A DNA stretch of 64,000 nucleotides from Candidatus Adlerbacteria bacterium RIFOXYC1_FULL_48_26 (GCA_001773575.1 MEXB01000004.1:10217-74216); one strand, 5' to 3'. Positions 45,810 through 55,082 are shown, counted from the first letter of the stretch. Program-made: numbers and translations. The notes: generated from the letters alone by a model not told the origin.

Positions 45810-46487
45810 ATGCACTTACTTATAGTTGAGGACGAAGAAAAGTTAGCAAAAGCCCTTAAGAAGGGGCTTGAGATGCGCGGGTATGCCGTAGATTGGCTTC
45901 CTGATTCTGAAAAAGCACGTTCGCGCATCATTATGTATCGCAACGAATACGATCTTGTGTTGATGGATTTGATGATGCCGACGCTGGATGGCGCGGCGCT
46001 TACTCAAGCAGTGCGCGCAGAGGGAGTTACTACACCAATTATTATCCTGACCGCGCGTGATGAGACAGAACATAAGGTGGACCTGCTCAACAAGGGCGCT
46101 GACGACTATATCGTTAAGCCATTCTCATTTGAAGAACTTATTGCCCGTATAAATTCTGTGCTCCGCCGCCCTGCAGAGTCTAAGCCCGTAGTGCTCCAGG
46201 TTGGGGCTATCGAGATGGATCCTGCAACGCGCACAGTAAAGGTCGATAAAGGAGAAGTAGATCTCACACTCAAAGAGTTCTCGTTGCTCGAATGTTTTAT
46301 GCGCGAGCCTAATGTCGTGCTCACCCGTGAGAAACTCTTCGACCATGTGTGGGACTTCAATCTTCTCTCGTGGTCTAACGTGTTGGATGTACACATGAAA
46401 AACCTACGCAAGAAACTCAGCACCAAACACAACGACACGTACTTCGAAACCGTTCGCGGGGTAGGGTATAAGCTAGTCACAGCGTAA
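45810..46487 (+). CDS. OmpR/PhoB family response regulator (orphan in this window)
   Basis: VEDE, DLMMP, GADDYIVKPF, LRKKL and TVRGVGY motifs. Confidence 0.95.
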   Translation: MHLLIVEDEEKLAKALKKGLEMRGYAVDWLPDSEKARSRIIMYRNEYDLVLMDLMMPTLDGAALTQAVRAEGVTTPIIILTARDETEHKVDLLNKGADDYIVKPFSFEELIARINSVLRRPAESKPVVLQVGAIEMDPATRTVKVDKGEVDLTLKEFSLLECFMREPNVVLTREKLFDHVWDFNLLSWSNVLDVHMKNLRKKLSTKHNDTYFETVRGVGYKLVTA

Positions 46488-46503
46488 ATATGTAGGCACG
46501 CAA

Positions 46504-46529
46504 AACCCCGCATGAATGGATGCGGGGTT
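46504..46529. terminator. Hairpin terminator between convergent genes
   Basis: AACCCCGCAT-GAATGG-ATGCGGGGTT. Confidence 0.7.
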
Positions 46530-46549
46530 AGCGTTACTTCAGCTCGAGG

Positions 46550-47275
46550 CTAGTGGAAGAGGGCGTGTTTGAAGAATCCAAAACCACGAGAGAAGATTCC
46601 AACTATGGTTGCGGCAATACTCGTGTCAGAGTTTGTATTGCCTGCAAGAACTACGTTCGAGCCAACTGCTATTGCTGCCGATGTCGTTGCCTCACCGTTT
46701 ACGCGATATACGGTTGAGCTGTCAGCTGTAACGGTAGTAGTTGCTTTTGTGCCGTATGGCTTGATGGTGAATGTTGAACCGTTAACCGATGTCACAACGC
46801 CTGCACCTACTGCGCCATTGGCTGCAAGTACTGCGCGGACACGGAGTGCTGAGTTAGAAACCTTTTCTGCGGTTATAACAGAGCCGTTAACTGTGCCCTT
46901 AACCGTTACAGTGTCGCCGACTTTCATCTGGCCGATGGTGGCATTTGTGTCACCTTCGCCCTTAATCTCTGCGTTAGCGGCATTAACTGTATAGGTTGTG
47001 TTGTTCTTTGCAGTTACCGTCAATGTAGAGCCATTGATTGCAGTAACAGTCGCGCTGATGCGGATGTCGCCGCTGGTAGGGGCTGCTGGTGGCTGTGGAG
47101 CTGTTCCACCGTGGAGCAAGAAGTTAATACTATTTTTCCAAGACAACTCTGTCTTTGCGTTGTCCCCAGACTTCCATGACTTGTCTCCGTCATTGTGTGC
47201 GCTCGCAAGCATAGGTGATGCTACGAGAAGCAACGCTGCTGCACTGCTTGCAAGAAAGTAATTTAATTTTTTCAT
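46550..47275 (-). CDS. Secreted DUF5666-domain protein
   Basis: Signal peptide and two repeats of VT.INGSTLTV...TV.A...VG..V.V.G...I.A. Confidence 0.8.
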   Translation of the reverse strand: MKKLNYFLASSAAALLLVASPMLASAHNDGDKSWKSGDNAKTELSWKNSINFLLHGGTAPQPPAAPTSGDIRISATVTAINGSTLTVTAKNNTTYTVNAANAEIKGEGDTNATIGQMKVGDTVTVKGTVNGSVITAEKVSNSALRVRAVLAANGAVGAGVVTSVNGSTFTIKPYGTKATTTVTADSSTVYRVNGEATTSAAIAVGSNVVLAGNTNSDTSIAATIVGIFSRGFGFFKHALFH

Positions 47276-47413
47276 GAGTTTTTATGTACGAGTAGTTTAT
47301 CTACTAATATCAGCCTTATTAGGCCGACCTATGTGAAGACGTACTACCTCATGAGCTATTTACACGAAATTCGAATTACGACACGAAACTATAAAAAAGA
47401 AAACGCCAGCTTT

Positions 47414-48076
47414 TCAGCTAGCGTTTGTGTTTCCAAAGGGATTTTTCCCCTTAGCTGTCGCTTTCTCTTCCGGCCAATGGGCGGAAAGGGGAAGCGGTTT
47501 TCCGTAATGTTCGCAGAGTTTCCTGAGCCCAACAAGCATCTGTCGCTCGACTTCGTCCGTGGGCCCGAATTCGAGAAGAGATTCCATCCGGTCCCGGGCA
47601 TGGTTGACACTGCTGTAGCCTCGGAAATTCAAGGCCTTCGCAACTGCTTCAATAGTGCAGTGTGCGTACCGTGTCATAAAGTAGGCTACCACTTGGCGAG
47701 GCCGGGAAATTTCTTGCGCACGGCTTTTGCTGAGAAGCTCGGAGGGCTTCATCTCAAAAATCGTCGCAGCCGTCTCCACGATCTCCTTGAGAGGCAGCCT
47801 CTTTAATATATCCACCTCCGCCACGGACGATGGAAGGGGGAAGCTTGTCCTGATGGCGGGGTGGCTCGTGCGTGGAGCGCTGTCTCGCAGCTGTAGATTT
47901 TTCTGCCGAGCCTCCGCCTCGGCCTTCTCCTTGGCTATCCGCTCAGCGCGAACGTTCGGGTTTTCGTGCCCGCCGCCAACATATGGCGGCATAACAGCCT
48001 GCGGCCGCAGAGACCGCAGAAGATCCAAACCCGTCACGCCCTTAGTGTCTTTCGACTTATCTTGCGGTGAGGACAT
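47414..48076 (-). CDS. Protein with a stand-alone DnaA domain IV-like HTH
   Basis: EIVETAATIFEMKPSELLSKSRAQEISRPRQVVAYF...SSVNHA aligns by eye with the C-terminus of DnaA in this window. GGGAG Shine-Dalgarno precedes ATG 48076. Confidence 0.75.
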   Translation of the reverse strand: MSSPQDKSKDTKGVTGLDLLRSLRPQAVMPPYVGGGHENPNVRAERIAKEKAEAEARQKNLQLRDSAPRTSHPAIRTSFPLPSSVAEVDILKRLPLKEIVETAATIFEMKPSELLSKSRAQEISRPRQVVAYFMTRYAHCTIEAVAKALNFRGYSSVNHARDRMESLLEFGPTDEVERQMLVGLRKLCEHYGKPLPLSAHWPEEKATAKGKNPFGNTNAS

Positions 48077-48204
48077 GAGAAGTCTCCCAAGTTGTACCAA
48101 CTGACACCACAATACTGTCGCGCCCCAATTTTGCAATAGGGGATTTGTCTTGGAAAAAAATTCCAACATGCTATGGTGAACCACGGACAACGTTGAGGTG
48201 CAGA

Positions 48205-48492
48205 ATGCAGATACTAGCAGGAGACCGCTTCTTCGAGATTCTCATGGACCTCGCCCGTGAGCGGCAAGAGTCCGACATGCTCGAAGGTCTGGAAAAGGAG
48301 GGCTTTGAACATAAGCTCTTCCAGTCCAAACGCATGGACTCGCTCGGTTCCGTACAGTTTGTGATGGCGCTCGAAGATCGGCTCGAGAAGGAGCTTGGGC
48401 GAAGGATTGAGTTTTCCATGACGAACCTGTCCTATGAGCAGTCCGTTCTGGAACTTTACGCGGCAACCAACCAATTGCTGGGGCAGACATAA
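48205..48492 (+). CDS. Acyl carrier protein-like protein
   Basis: Acidic 95-aa protein with MDSLGSVQFVMALEDRLEKELG (phosphopantetheine DSL motif plus helix II); GAGGTG Shine-Dalgarno. Confidence 0.65.
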   Translation: MQILAGDRFFEILMDLARERQESDMLEGLEKEGFEHKLFQSKRMDSLGSVQFVMALEDRLEKELGRRIEFSMTNLSYEQSVLELYAATNQLLGQT

Positions 48493-48613
48493 AGAGGCTT
48501 AACCGCCTCTTTTCTTTTTCCCTAAAAATATGTGGATTTGTTTTCGCGGAATCCTCAGTTATAGTTTTGGAAGATAGCGTAGAGTACCGCAGCAACTCCC
48601 ACGGAGGGTAGTG

Positions 48614-49015
48614 ATGCCGTTTGAAAATATGCCATCTCCGAATTTGCCGAACAAAGCATTTTTTCTCTTGAGAGAGGTCGTCCGAGGAGGAACAATCTGC
48701 TTCGATTCTTCCGACGAGACCTGCACCAAGAAGGAGGAGAGGACAGAAGGTCTGACGCGCACACGCAAGAAGGTGCTCGGGCTTACCGTTAACCGGACCG
48801 TATTCGGCCGCGAAGCCTTCAATGAACTGCTTGTGCGCGGAATCGTCACTGAAGAAGGCGACCTCGCCGACGGCATGCTCGAAGTCTATAAGGGCATCGC
48901 CAACGCTCCTTCGCCTGGAAGTAAGTGCCGTCTCGTCGACGTTTCAAGGTTCATTTACCTCGACACAGGCGTCTCTGAGGCATTCGCAGCAGCTCCGGCA
49001 CTTGCCGCCGACTAG
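48614..49015 (+). CDS. Hypothetical protein
   Basis: GGAGGG Shine-Dalgarno and a downstream terminator. Confidence 0.65.
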   Translation: MPFENMPSPNLPNKAFFLLREVVRGGTICFDSSDETCTKKEERTEGLTRTRKKVLGLTVNRTVFGREAFNELLVRGIVTEEGDLADGMLEVYKGIANAPSPGSKCRLVDVSRFIYLDTGVSEAFAAAPALAAD

Positions 49016-49036
49016 GCATCGGCAGGACACTACACT

Positions 49037-49061
49037 AAACGCGGCCACAAGCCGCGTTTTT
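49037..49061. terminator. Terminator between the orphan gene and tRNA-Ser
   Basis: AAACGCGGC-CACAA-GCCGCGTTTTT. Confidence 0.75.
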
Positions 49062-49092
49062 CTTTTCCCATTTATTTATGCGAACCTTACTG

Positions 49093-49177
49093 CGGAGGAG
49101 GTGAGATTCGAACTCACGGTACCTTGCGGCACTCCTGTTTTCAAGACAGGTGCGATAGACCACTCTGCCACTCCTCC
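49093..49177 (-). tRNA. tRNA-Ser(TGA)
   Basis: Acceptor stem GGAGGAG/CTCCTCC, anticodon arm CCTGT-CTTGAAA-ACAGG and a long variable arm. Confidence 0.95.
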
Positions 49178-49348
49178 AATGCAGAACACAATACACTTTT
49201 TCTGGTTATTGCGCTAGAAAAGGTTCCTGACACCATACCACTTGACGGATACAGTCCGTTTTGTGTGAAGTCTTAAAGATGTTGGTAAGTTGGCCTAAAA
49301 CTAGCTGCTTTTTTAAAGGCCCACTGCTATACTGACCTTAGCGATATT

Positions 49349-50368
49349 ATGGACAAAAAAACTTATCGAACATTGGACTTATTTGCAGGTATAGGAGGAG
49401 TAAGGATGGGTTTTGAACGTGCTGGGTTTGAGACAATCTTTGGAAATGATTTTGATGCATACTGCAAGGTAACCTACGATTTAAACTTTAAAGACACTCC
49501 ACTGGTGGTCGCTGATATAGCGAAAATTAAAAGCGCGGATCTCCCAGACTTCGACATATTGCTCGGTGGGTTTCCATGCCAACCATTTTCAGTTGCTGGG
49601 TATAGAAGAGGTTTCCTAGATACAGGACGAGGGGATCTGTTTTTTGAAATCATAAGAATTTTACGCGACAAGAAACCACGCGCTGTCTTCTTGGAAAATG
49701 TAAAGAATTTGAGTTCGCATGATAAAGGAAGGACCTTCAATATCATTTCCGAGGCATTAGAGGATCTTGGTTATCATGTAACAACAAAAGTTCTTAACAG
49801 CATGAAGTATGGAAATGTTCCTCAGAATAGGGAGCGTGTATATATTGTCGGATTCAAGTCGAAGAAAGCGCTAGAAGCTTTTGAATTTCCAAAACCTGTT
49901 GAATTAACGAAAACTGTTAACGCTCTACTCGAGAAAGAAGTTGAAGAGAAATACTACTACAACAAATCCCCACTCTATAAAGTACTAAAGGAGTCAATGA
50001 CATCTAAGGAGGTTGTCTACCAGTGGCGTAGGAAATATGTTCGTGCAAACAAGAGCGGGGTGTGCCCAACCTTGACTGCAAACATGGGAATGGGTGGACA
50101 TAACGTCCCACTGATCAAAGATCATAAGGGTATTCGAAAACTAACTCCAAGAGAATGTGCAAGAATTCAAGGATTTCCTGAGAATTACAAGCTTCCTAAG
50201 AATCTTCCCGATACCAAGCTTTACAAACAGTTTGGAAACTCGGTTACCGTCACTGTTATCGAGCGCGTTGCCAAACAGATAAAGAAAGCGCTAGACTCAG
50301 GGAACAACGATGTTGTTTCTAGAGCACCAGCCAAAAGAGCAGGTAGAGTGCTACAACCGACTGCTTAA
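49349..50368 (+). CDS. DNA (cytosine-5)-methyltransferase of a type II R-M system
   Basis: FAGIGG, GFPCQPFS, ENV, QNRER and GNSV motifs. The target recognition domain (YQWRR...CPTLTANMG.GGHNVP) resembles the GCNGC/GCSGC-type enzymes as I recall them. Confidence 0.95.
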   Translation: MDKKTYRTLDLFAGIGGVRMGFERAGFETIFGNDFDAYCKVTYDLNFKDTPLVVADIAKIKSADLPDFDILLGGFPCQPFSVAGYRRGFLDTGRGDLFFEIIRILRDKKPRAVFLENVKNLSSHDKGRTFNIISEALEDLGYHVTTKVLNSMKYGNVPQNRERVYIVGFKSKKALEAFEFPKPVELTKTVNALLEKEVEEKYYYNKSPLYKVLKESMTSKEVVYQWRRKYVRANKSGVCPTLTANMGMGGHNVPLIKDHKGIRKLTPRECARIQGFPENYKLPKNLPDTKLYKQFGNSVTVTVIERVAKQIKKALDSGNNDVVSRAPAKRAGRVLQPTA

Positions 50369-51491
50369 GGCTGTCGGGTCTTTGTCCAAGCTATTTTCTG
50401 AGGCGCCAGAACCATATTTGGCTTATAGGGCGGCTGAAAATTTATTTTGTAAGGCTTTTATAGCCGAGAATCTTTCTCGTTCTGATGCCTCAGCTGACGC
50501 CTCCAAAGACAGGGTGGGGATTGGTCTCAAGACCTTTCTTAATGGGAATGGTCGTAGTCTGCAAAAAGTGGCAGAATTTAACAACGATTTAAATCTTTTT
50601 AGATCACTCGGACCTGAAGACATGGTCAGGAAAGTGGCCGAGTTGCGAAATGAACGCTTGGAGACAACGAAACGCATCTACAATCTTGATAAAATAATAT
50701 ATCACTGTGTCACTCGTACAGTTGGGAAGATGCTCGTGTACGAGACTCCGGCACATCCGATAGATATCGAGACTATAAAAAACGTAGAGGTTTCGCCTAG
50801 AGGAAATACCATCACATTTTCAGACTCTCTCGAGGAATATTCCTTCAGTATTTCCAAGAGCACGCTTTCTAAGCGTTTTGTGACTCCAGAAAAGGTGCTT
50901 CTTGAGCTTCCGGTGAGGATTGTTTCAGATCCTTTCGAAGAAGTGGAAAAGTTGATCACGGAAGCTGGGCCTATTTTCGCACCAATAAAAGTTCAGCCTC
51001 ATGTTTTCCTCCCTCTCTATTCTATGAGAGGAGAGAAGCGTGTTCCGGAAAGTAGTGGCTTGAACCAATGGAATGCTCGTGGACGGAAGAGAAATCCTGA
51101 TGAGGTATATATTCCAATCCCTGCCTGGGTCCACAAAAAATTTTCAAAGTTCTTTCCTGCGACCAACGATGAGGTATTTAATCTGACCTTACCAGATAGA
51201 ACTGTGTTGAGCGCTAGTATGTGCCAAGAAAACAGGAAGGCTTTGATGAGTAACCCCAACACCGTCCTTGGAAAATGGATTTTGCGCGATGTTATGAATC
51301 TCGGAGAAGGGGAGCTCGCTACCTACGAAAAATTGCAAACGATGGGCGTAGACAGTGTGGTCGTTTATAAAGTGGATAGTGAAAATTACGATATAGATTT
51401 TGCTCCCGTAGGTTCTTACGAGAAATTTCTAGAGGAAAACAATAAACCTACTGAAGGGGCGGAAGATTATCTGGACGAAGAGGGGGAATAA
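50310..51491 (+). CDS. Type II restriction endonuclease, NgoFVII-like family
   Basis: Overlaps the methyltransferase; SLSKLFSE..PYL.YR..EN, D...IGLKTF, SGLNQWNA.GR.R...EVYIPIP and KALMSNPN motifs. Confidence 0.8.
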   Translation: MLFLEHQPKEQVECYNRLLKAVGSLSKLFSEAPEPYLAYRAAENLFCKAFIAENLSRSDASADASKDRVGIGLKTFLNGNGRSLQKVAEFNNDLNLFRSLGPEDMVRKVAELRNERLETTKRIYNLDKIIYHCVTRTVGKMLVYETPAHPIDIETIKNVEVSPRGNTITFSDSLEEYSFSISKSTLSKRFVTPEKVLLELPVRIVSDPFEEVEKLITEAGPIFAPIKVQPHVFLPLYSMRGEKRVPESSGLNQWNARGRKRNPDEVYIPIPAWVHKKFSKFFPATNDEVFNLTLPDRTVLSASMCQENRKALMSNPNTVLGKWILRDVMNLGEGELATYEKLQTMGVDSVVVYKVDSENYDIDFAPVGSYEKFLEENNKPTEGAEDYLDEEGE

Positions 51492-51539
51492 GAAAGTTTG
51501 TACATACTGAGCTTTGCGCTATGCTCAAGGCAACCCACT

Positions 51540-53030
51540 ATGGTTATCTCCAAGACGGTCTTCCAACACTACCTTCAGTGTCCAAAGAATACTTGGCTGA
51601 AAATACATAAGCCCGAATTGAAAGAGGAGTTTGTGTTCTCGGAGTTCGACCTGCATCTCATGGAGCAGGGGAATGAAGTAGAGTCGTATGCGCGGTATTT
51701 ATTTCCCAAAGGGATAGAAGTTTCAAGTGTGGGTGAACATGCAGTCGAAGACACTCTTCGTCTTATGGCTGAGCGCACGCCTGTGCTTTTCCAAGCAACG
51801 TTTATAGCTGAAGATTTTATTGTTCGTAACGACATGTTGAAATGGAACCCAGAAACTAGCCTCTGGGATCTCTACGAAGTTAAGGGAACGAACTCCCTAA
51901 AGCTTGATCAGAAGGAACGTGATCACGTCACAGATGTTGCCTTCCAGGTTTCGGTGATGCGTCGTGCTCATGTGCCACTAGGGAAGTGCTATCTGGTTCA
52001 TTTAAATAAAGAATATATACGCGCTGGAGAGTTAGATACAGAAGCATTGTTTACAGTAGATGATGTGACTGATGCTGTTGAAGGGCGTATACCTGAAATA
52101 GAGCCAAAAATGGCAGCCGCAATGGAGTATTTAAATCGTGAATCAGAACCATCTGGTGGATGCGACTGTGTATATGCAACGCGCCGTAATCACTGCTCCA
52201 CTTTTCAGTATTCCAACGCGCACATACCTGAATATTCAGTTCACGATATTTCGCGGATTCATAAAACTAAACTCGAGAATCTGGTTGAACAGAAGATCTA
52301 TGCGATTGATGATGTCGACCCAGAATTTCACAAGCTCTCTGAAAAACAGACAAGCCAAGTACGTGCACATCAGCTGCAAAAATCAGTTATCGATACTAAC
52401 GCTATAAAAAATGAACTAAGCGAGTTGAAATTTCCACTGTATTTCTTCGACTATGAGGCATATGCGCCAGCGATACCTGCATTCAATGGGTATGGTCCAT
52501 ATAAGTTCATTCCATTTCAGTTTTCTATACATATTCTGCGTGAACCTGATGGAAAGCTTGAGCATGTAGAGTTTTTACATACAGAATTTTCAGACCCATC
52601 TGAAGCTGTTGCTCAAAAGTTACAAGAGGTATATTCCGGCGGGTCGGTAATTGTTTGGCATGAGACATTTGAAAAGACGTTTATAAATGAAAATATTGCA
52701 AAACGCTTACCTCATCACGCAGGTTTTTTTAAGGAATTTAACAGCGCAATGTTTGATCTTGAGAAGATCTTTTTAGCTCAGCACTACATTCACCATGGTT
52801 TTAGAGGCCGTACTTCTATAAAGAAAGTTTTGCCAGTAATAGCTCCTGAATTCTCATACGCAGATCTTAATATTCATGAAGGTGGCCAAGCATCAAATGA
52901 ATGGTGGAGGATGGTTGGTCCTACAAGTCTCCCAGAAGAGAGAAAAGAAATTGCTAAAAATTTGAAAGAATACTGCGGCTTAGATACTGAAGCCATGTAC
53001 GTTATCTGGAAACATTTGATGGAACTTTAA
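51540..53030 (+). CDS. DUF2779-domain protein (PD-(D/E)XK nuclease plus RNase H-like domain)
   Basis: SK...QCPK..W, D...EVK, DVAFQ, PLYFFDYE, IPFQFS.H, SIKKVLP and YCGLDT motifs. Confidence 0.85.
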   Translation: MVISKTVFQHYLQCPKNTWLKIHKPELKEEFVFSEFDLHLMEQGNEVESYARYLFPKGIEVSSVGEHAVEDTLRLMAERTPVLFQATFIAEDFIVRNDMLKWNPETSLWDLYEVKGTNSLKLDQKERDHVTDVAFQVSVMRRAHVPLGKCYLVHLNKEYIRAGELDTEALFTVDDVTDAVEGRIPEIEPKMAAAMEYLNRESEPSGGCDCVYATRRNHCSTFQYSNAHIPEYSVHDISRIHKTKLENLVEQKIYAIDDVDPEFHKLSEKQTSQVRAHQLQKSVIDTNAIKNELSELKFPLYFFDYEAYAPAIPAFNGYGPYKFIPFQFSIHILREPDGKLEHVEFLHTEFSDPSEAVAQKLQEVYSGGSVIVWHETFEKTFINENIAKRLPHHAGFFKEFNSAMFDLEKIFLAQHYIHHGFRGRTSIKKVLPVIAPEFSYADLNIHEGGQASNEWWRMVGPTSLPEERKEIAKNLKEYCGLDTEAMYVIWKHLMEL

Positions 53031-53068
53031 AAGTTTTCCTTCCTATCTAAATACGCTATATTCAACCT

Positions 53069-53509
53069 ATGAAGTATTTGGGTATTGATTATGGAACCAG
53101 GCGCATAGGGGTGGCGGTGTCGGATGAGTCGGCGACGCTTGCTTTTCCTTTGGGGGTGGTTGGAAATAGCCCCTCGACTGCGCTCGGGGCACTTAAAGAG
53201 GTCTGTGATATCGCGAAGGAGAATGCGGTGGTGCAGGTGGTGATGGGGGAGTCGAAGGATTATAGCGGCGTGGCGAACCCTGTTATGAAAGAAGTTGAGA
53301 AATTTAAAGCAGCACTTGAAGCAGAAGGGTTAGATGTGGTGTACGAGCCAGAATATATGAGCAGTATGGCTGCGGCCCGCCAGTTTGCTCCGGAGGAAAA
53401 GTCTCGCAAGGCGAACCCAAACCAGGAACTGTTGGACGCATCGGCTGCAGCACTTATCCTCCAAAACTTTTTGGATCGAAACAGAAAACGCGAATTTGAA
53501 GTAGAGTAG
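53069..53509 (+). CDS. yqgF: YqgF/RuvX pre-16S rRNA nuclease
   Basis: LGIDYGTRRIGVAVSD and DASAAALILQ motifs. Confidence 0.93.
   Translation: MKYLGIDYGTRRIGVAVSDESATLAFPLGVVGNSPSTALGALKEVCDIAKENAVVQVVMGESKDYSGVANPVMKEVEKFKAALEAEGLDVVYEPEYMSSMAAARQFAPEEKSRKANPNQELLDASAAALILQNFLDRNRKREFEVE
53169..53190 (+). repeat. Short imperfect palindrome inside yqgF
   Basis: GCCCCTCGACTGCGCTCGGGGC; encodes SPSTALGA. Confidence 0.5.
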
Positions 53510-53546
53510 AAGTACCAAAAGAACTAAAAGTATTTAAAGAAAATGT

Positions 53547-53879
53547 ATGCCAGAAATTTCAATTGATGATTTTAAGAAAGTAGAAATCCGCGTCGGCGAG
53601 ATTTTGAGTGTCGAGAGAGTTGAAGGAAGCGACAAGCTTTTGAAGTTGAAAGTGAACTTTGGTGCTGAGCTTGGCGAACGCCAAGTGCTTTCAGGCATCG
53701 CCGCATATTTCCCAGACGAACAAGTGTTGGTAGGGAAGCGATATCCTTTTGTTACAAACTTGGCCCCACGCAAAATGATGGGCATGGAAAGCCAAGCCAT
53801 GATTATGGCAACAGGCGGCGGTGATGAACCCCTCCATCTTTTTCCAAGCGACGCGACTCCAGGTTCAATAATTCGTTAG
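53547..53879 (+). CDS. tRNA-binding OB-fold protein (MetG C-terminal/Trbp111/CsaA-like)
   Basis: DDFKKVEIRVG, SDKLL and NLAPRKMMGMESQAM motifs. Confidence 0.92.
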   Translation: MPEISIDDFKKVEIRVGEILSVERVEGSDKLLKLKVNFGAELGERQVLSGIAAYFPDEQVLVGKRYPFVTNLAPRKMMGMESQAMIMATGGGDEPLHLFPSDATPGSIIR

Positions 53880-54475
53880 TTCTGCTTCGACTTACGCCAC
53901 TCCCAGATAACTGGAAGGAACGAAACGATGATGACTACTGCGACGATCGGAACAATATAAAGTTCGAGGTTGGGAATCATGCGGCCCAGGAAGTAGCCCG
54001 CAAGGAGGAATATGTCGGCCCAGAGAAAGCCGCCTACGATGTTGTAGATGAGGAACTTTGAATATTTCATTTCGCCCACGCCGGCGATGATTGGTATAAA
54101 TGTGCGCACTATTGGTATAAAGCGTGCGATGACGATAGCTCGTGCGCCGTGTTTTTCATAAAAGTCTCGCGAGCGTTGAATGTGTTTTTTGTTGAACCAG
54201 AAAGAATCTTCTTTCGTAAACAAGCGTGGGCCAATATAGCGGCCAAAAGAATACCCAACACTGTCGCCGATGATTGCGCCGATAGGTACGATAAGAAGCA
54301 ATATCCATATAGAAAGTGTGCCCTGTGTCGCAAGCAAACCTGCAGTTAAGAGCAGAGAGTCGCCCGGCAAAAAGAATCCAACAAATATGCCCGACTCAGC
54401 GAGCACTATAAGAAAGATCCCCACGTAACCGAGGGTTTGAATTATTGCGAGTGGGTCAATGTGTAAGAAACTCAT
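53876..54475 (-). CDS. DedA/VTT family membrane protein
   Basis: ESG..VGFFLPGDSLL and ARFIPIVRT motifs. Confidence 0.93.
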   Translation of the reverse strand: MSFLHIDPLAIIQTLGYVGIFLIVLAESGIFVGFFLPGDSLLLTAGLLATQGTLSIWILLLIVPIGAIIGDSVGYSFGRYIGPRLFTKEDSFWFNKKHIQRSRDFYEKHGARAIVIARFIPIVRTFIPIIAGVGEMKYSKFLIYNIVGGFLWADIFLLAGYFLGRMIPNLELYIVPIVAVVIIVSFLPVIWEWRKSKQN

Positions 54476-54963
54476 GATGTGTGGCGCTTATGTAATTGAT
54501 ATTTGTATTCATGCCATGTGAGATAGATGAAGGCGATATCAAATATAGTTACACACAGAAGGATAAGTGAGTGGGTGTGGAAAAGTCGGTAACTTTGGTA
54601 TACGAGAAAGAGGGAAGTGATGCCTATTGAAACTGGGTAGGCCCACAGACGGTTTCTATATAAGTTATATGAAAGAAACATGTTTAGAAGTCCGTGGAAG
54701 AGTAGGTATAACCCAACAAAGTTTTTTGTGCTGAGAGAGAGCTGGTTGAGATGGTTGGAAATATATTGAAAGATAAACTCATCTCGGCCCCCAAGAAATT
54801 CTTCTTTGGTAAAAAAGACAAACCAGCCACGCAACGTAGGGTGCACACTAGAAAGCAGGTATAAACCCACAGATGTCTCCCACAAGCTGTTTACAGCTTT
54901 AAGAAACACTCCTGCCTCAAAGAGCTCGTGCCAAAAACGTTGAGTAAATAGGCGGTGTACCAT
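54472..54963 (-). CDS. DUF2127-like membrane protein
   Basis: F..GV.LK, YLLFHG, LWAYP, YQSYR and LTWHEY motifs. Confidence 0.8.
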   Translation of the reverse strand: MVHRLFTQRFWHELFEAGVFLKAVNSLWETSVGLYLLSSVHPTLRGWFVFFTKEEFLGGRDEFIFQYISNHLNQLSLSTKNFVGLYLLFHGLLNMFLSYNLYRNRLWAYPVSIGITSLFLVYQSYRLFHTHSLILLCVTIFDIAFIYLTWHEYKYQLHKRHTS

Positions 54964-54993
54964 CTGTGCTCTGTAGTATAGACTACTCGTATC

Positions 54994-55065
54994 GCCCCTG
55001 TAGTTAAACGGATATAACTGCGGACTTCTAAGCCGCTATTCGAGGTTCGATTCCTCGCGGGGGCA
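54994..55065 (+). tRNA. tRNA-Arg(TCT)
   Basis: Acceptor stem GCCCCTG/CGGGGGC, anticodon loop CTTCTAA. Confidence 0.94.
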
Positions 55066-55082
55066 CAACAAATTTAGATGCT

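Noticed and set aside
47333-47806. 157-aa + strand ORF
   Set aside because: It is antisense to the DnaA domain IV-like gene, which has a recognisable motif and a Shine-Dalgarno site.
47300-53030. Prophage or integrated island at tRNA-Ser
   Set aside because: No integrase, no phage structural genes and no duplicated tRNA 3' end found by eye.
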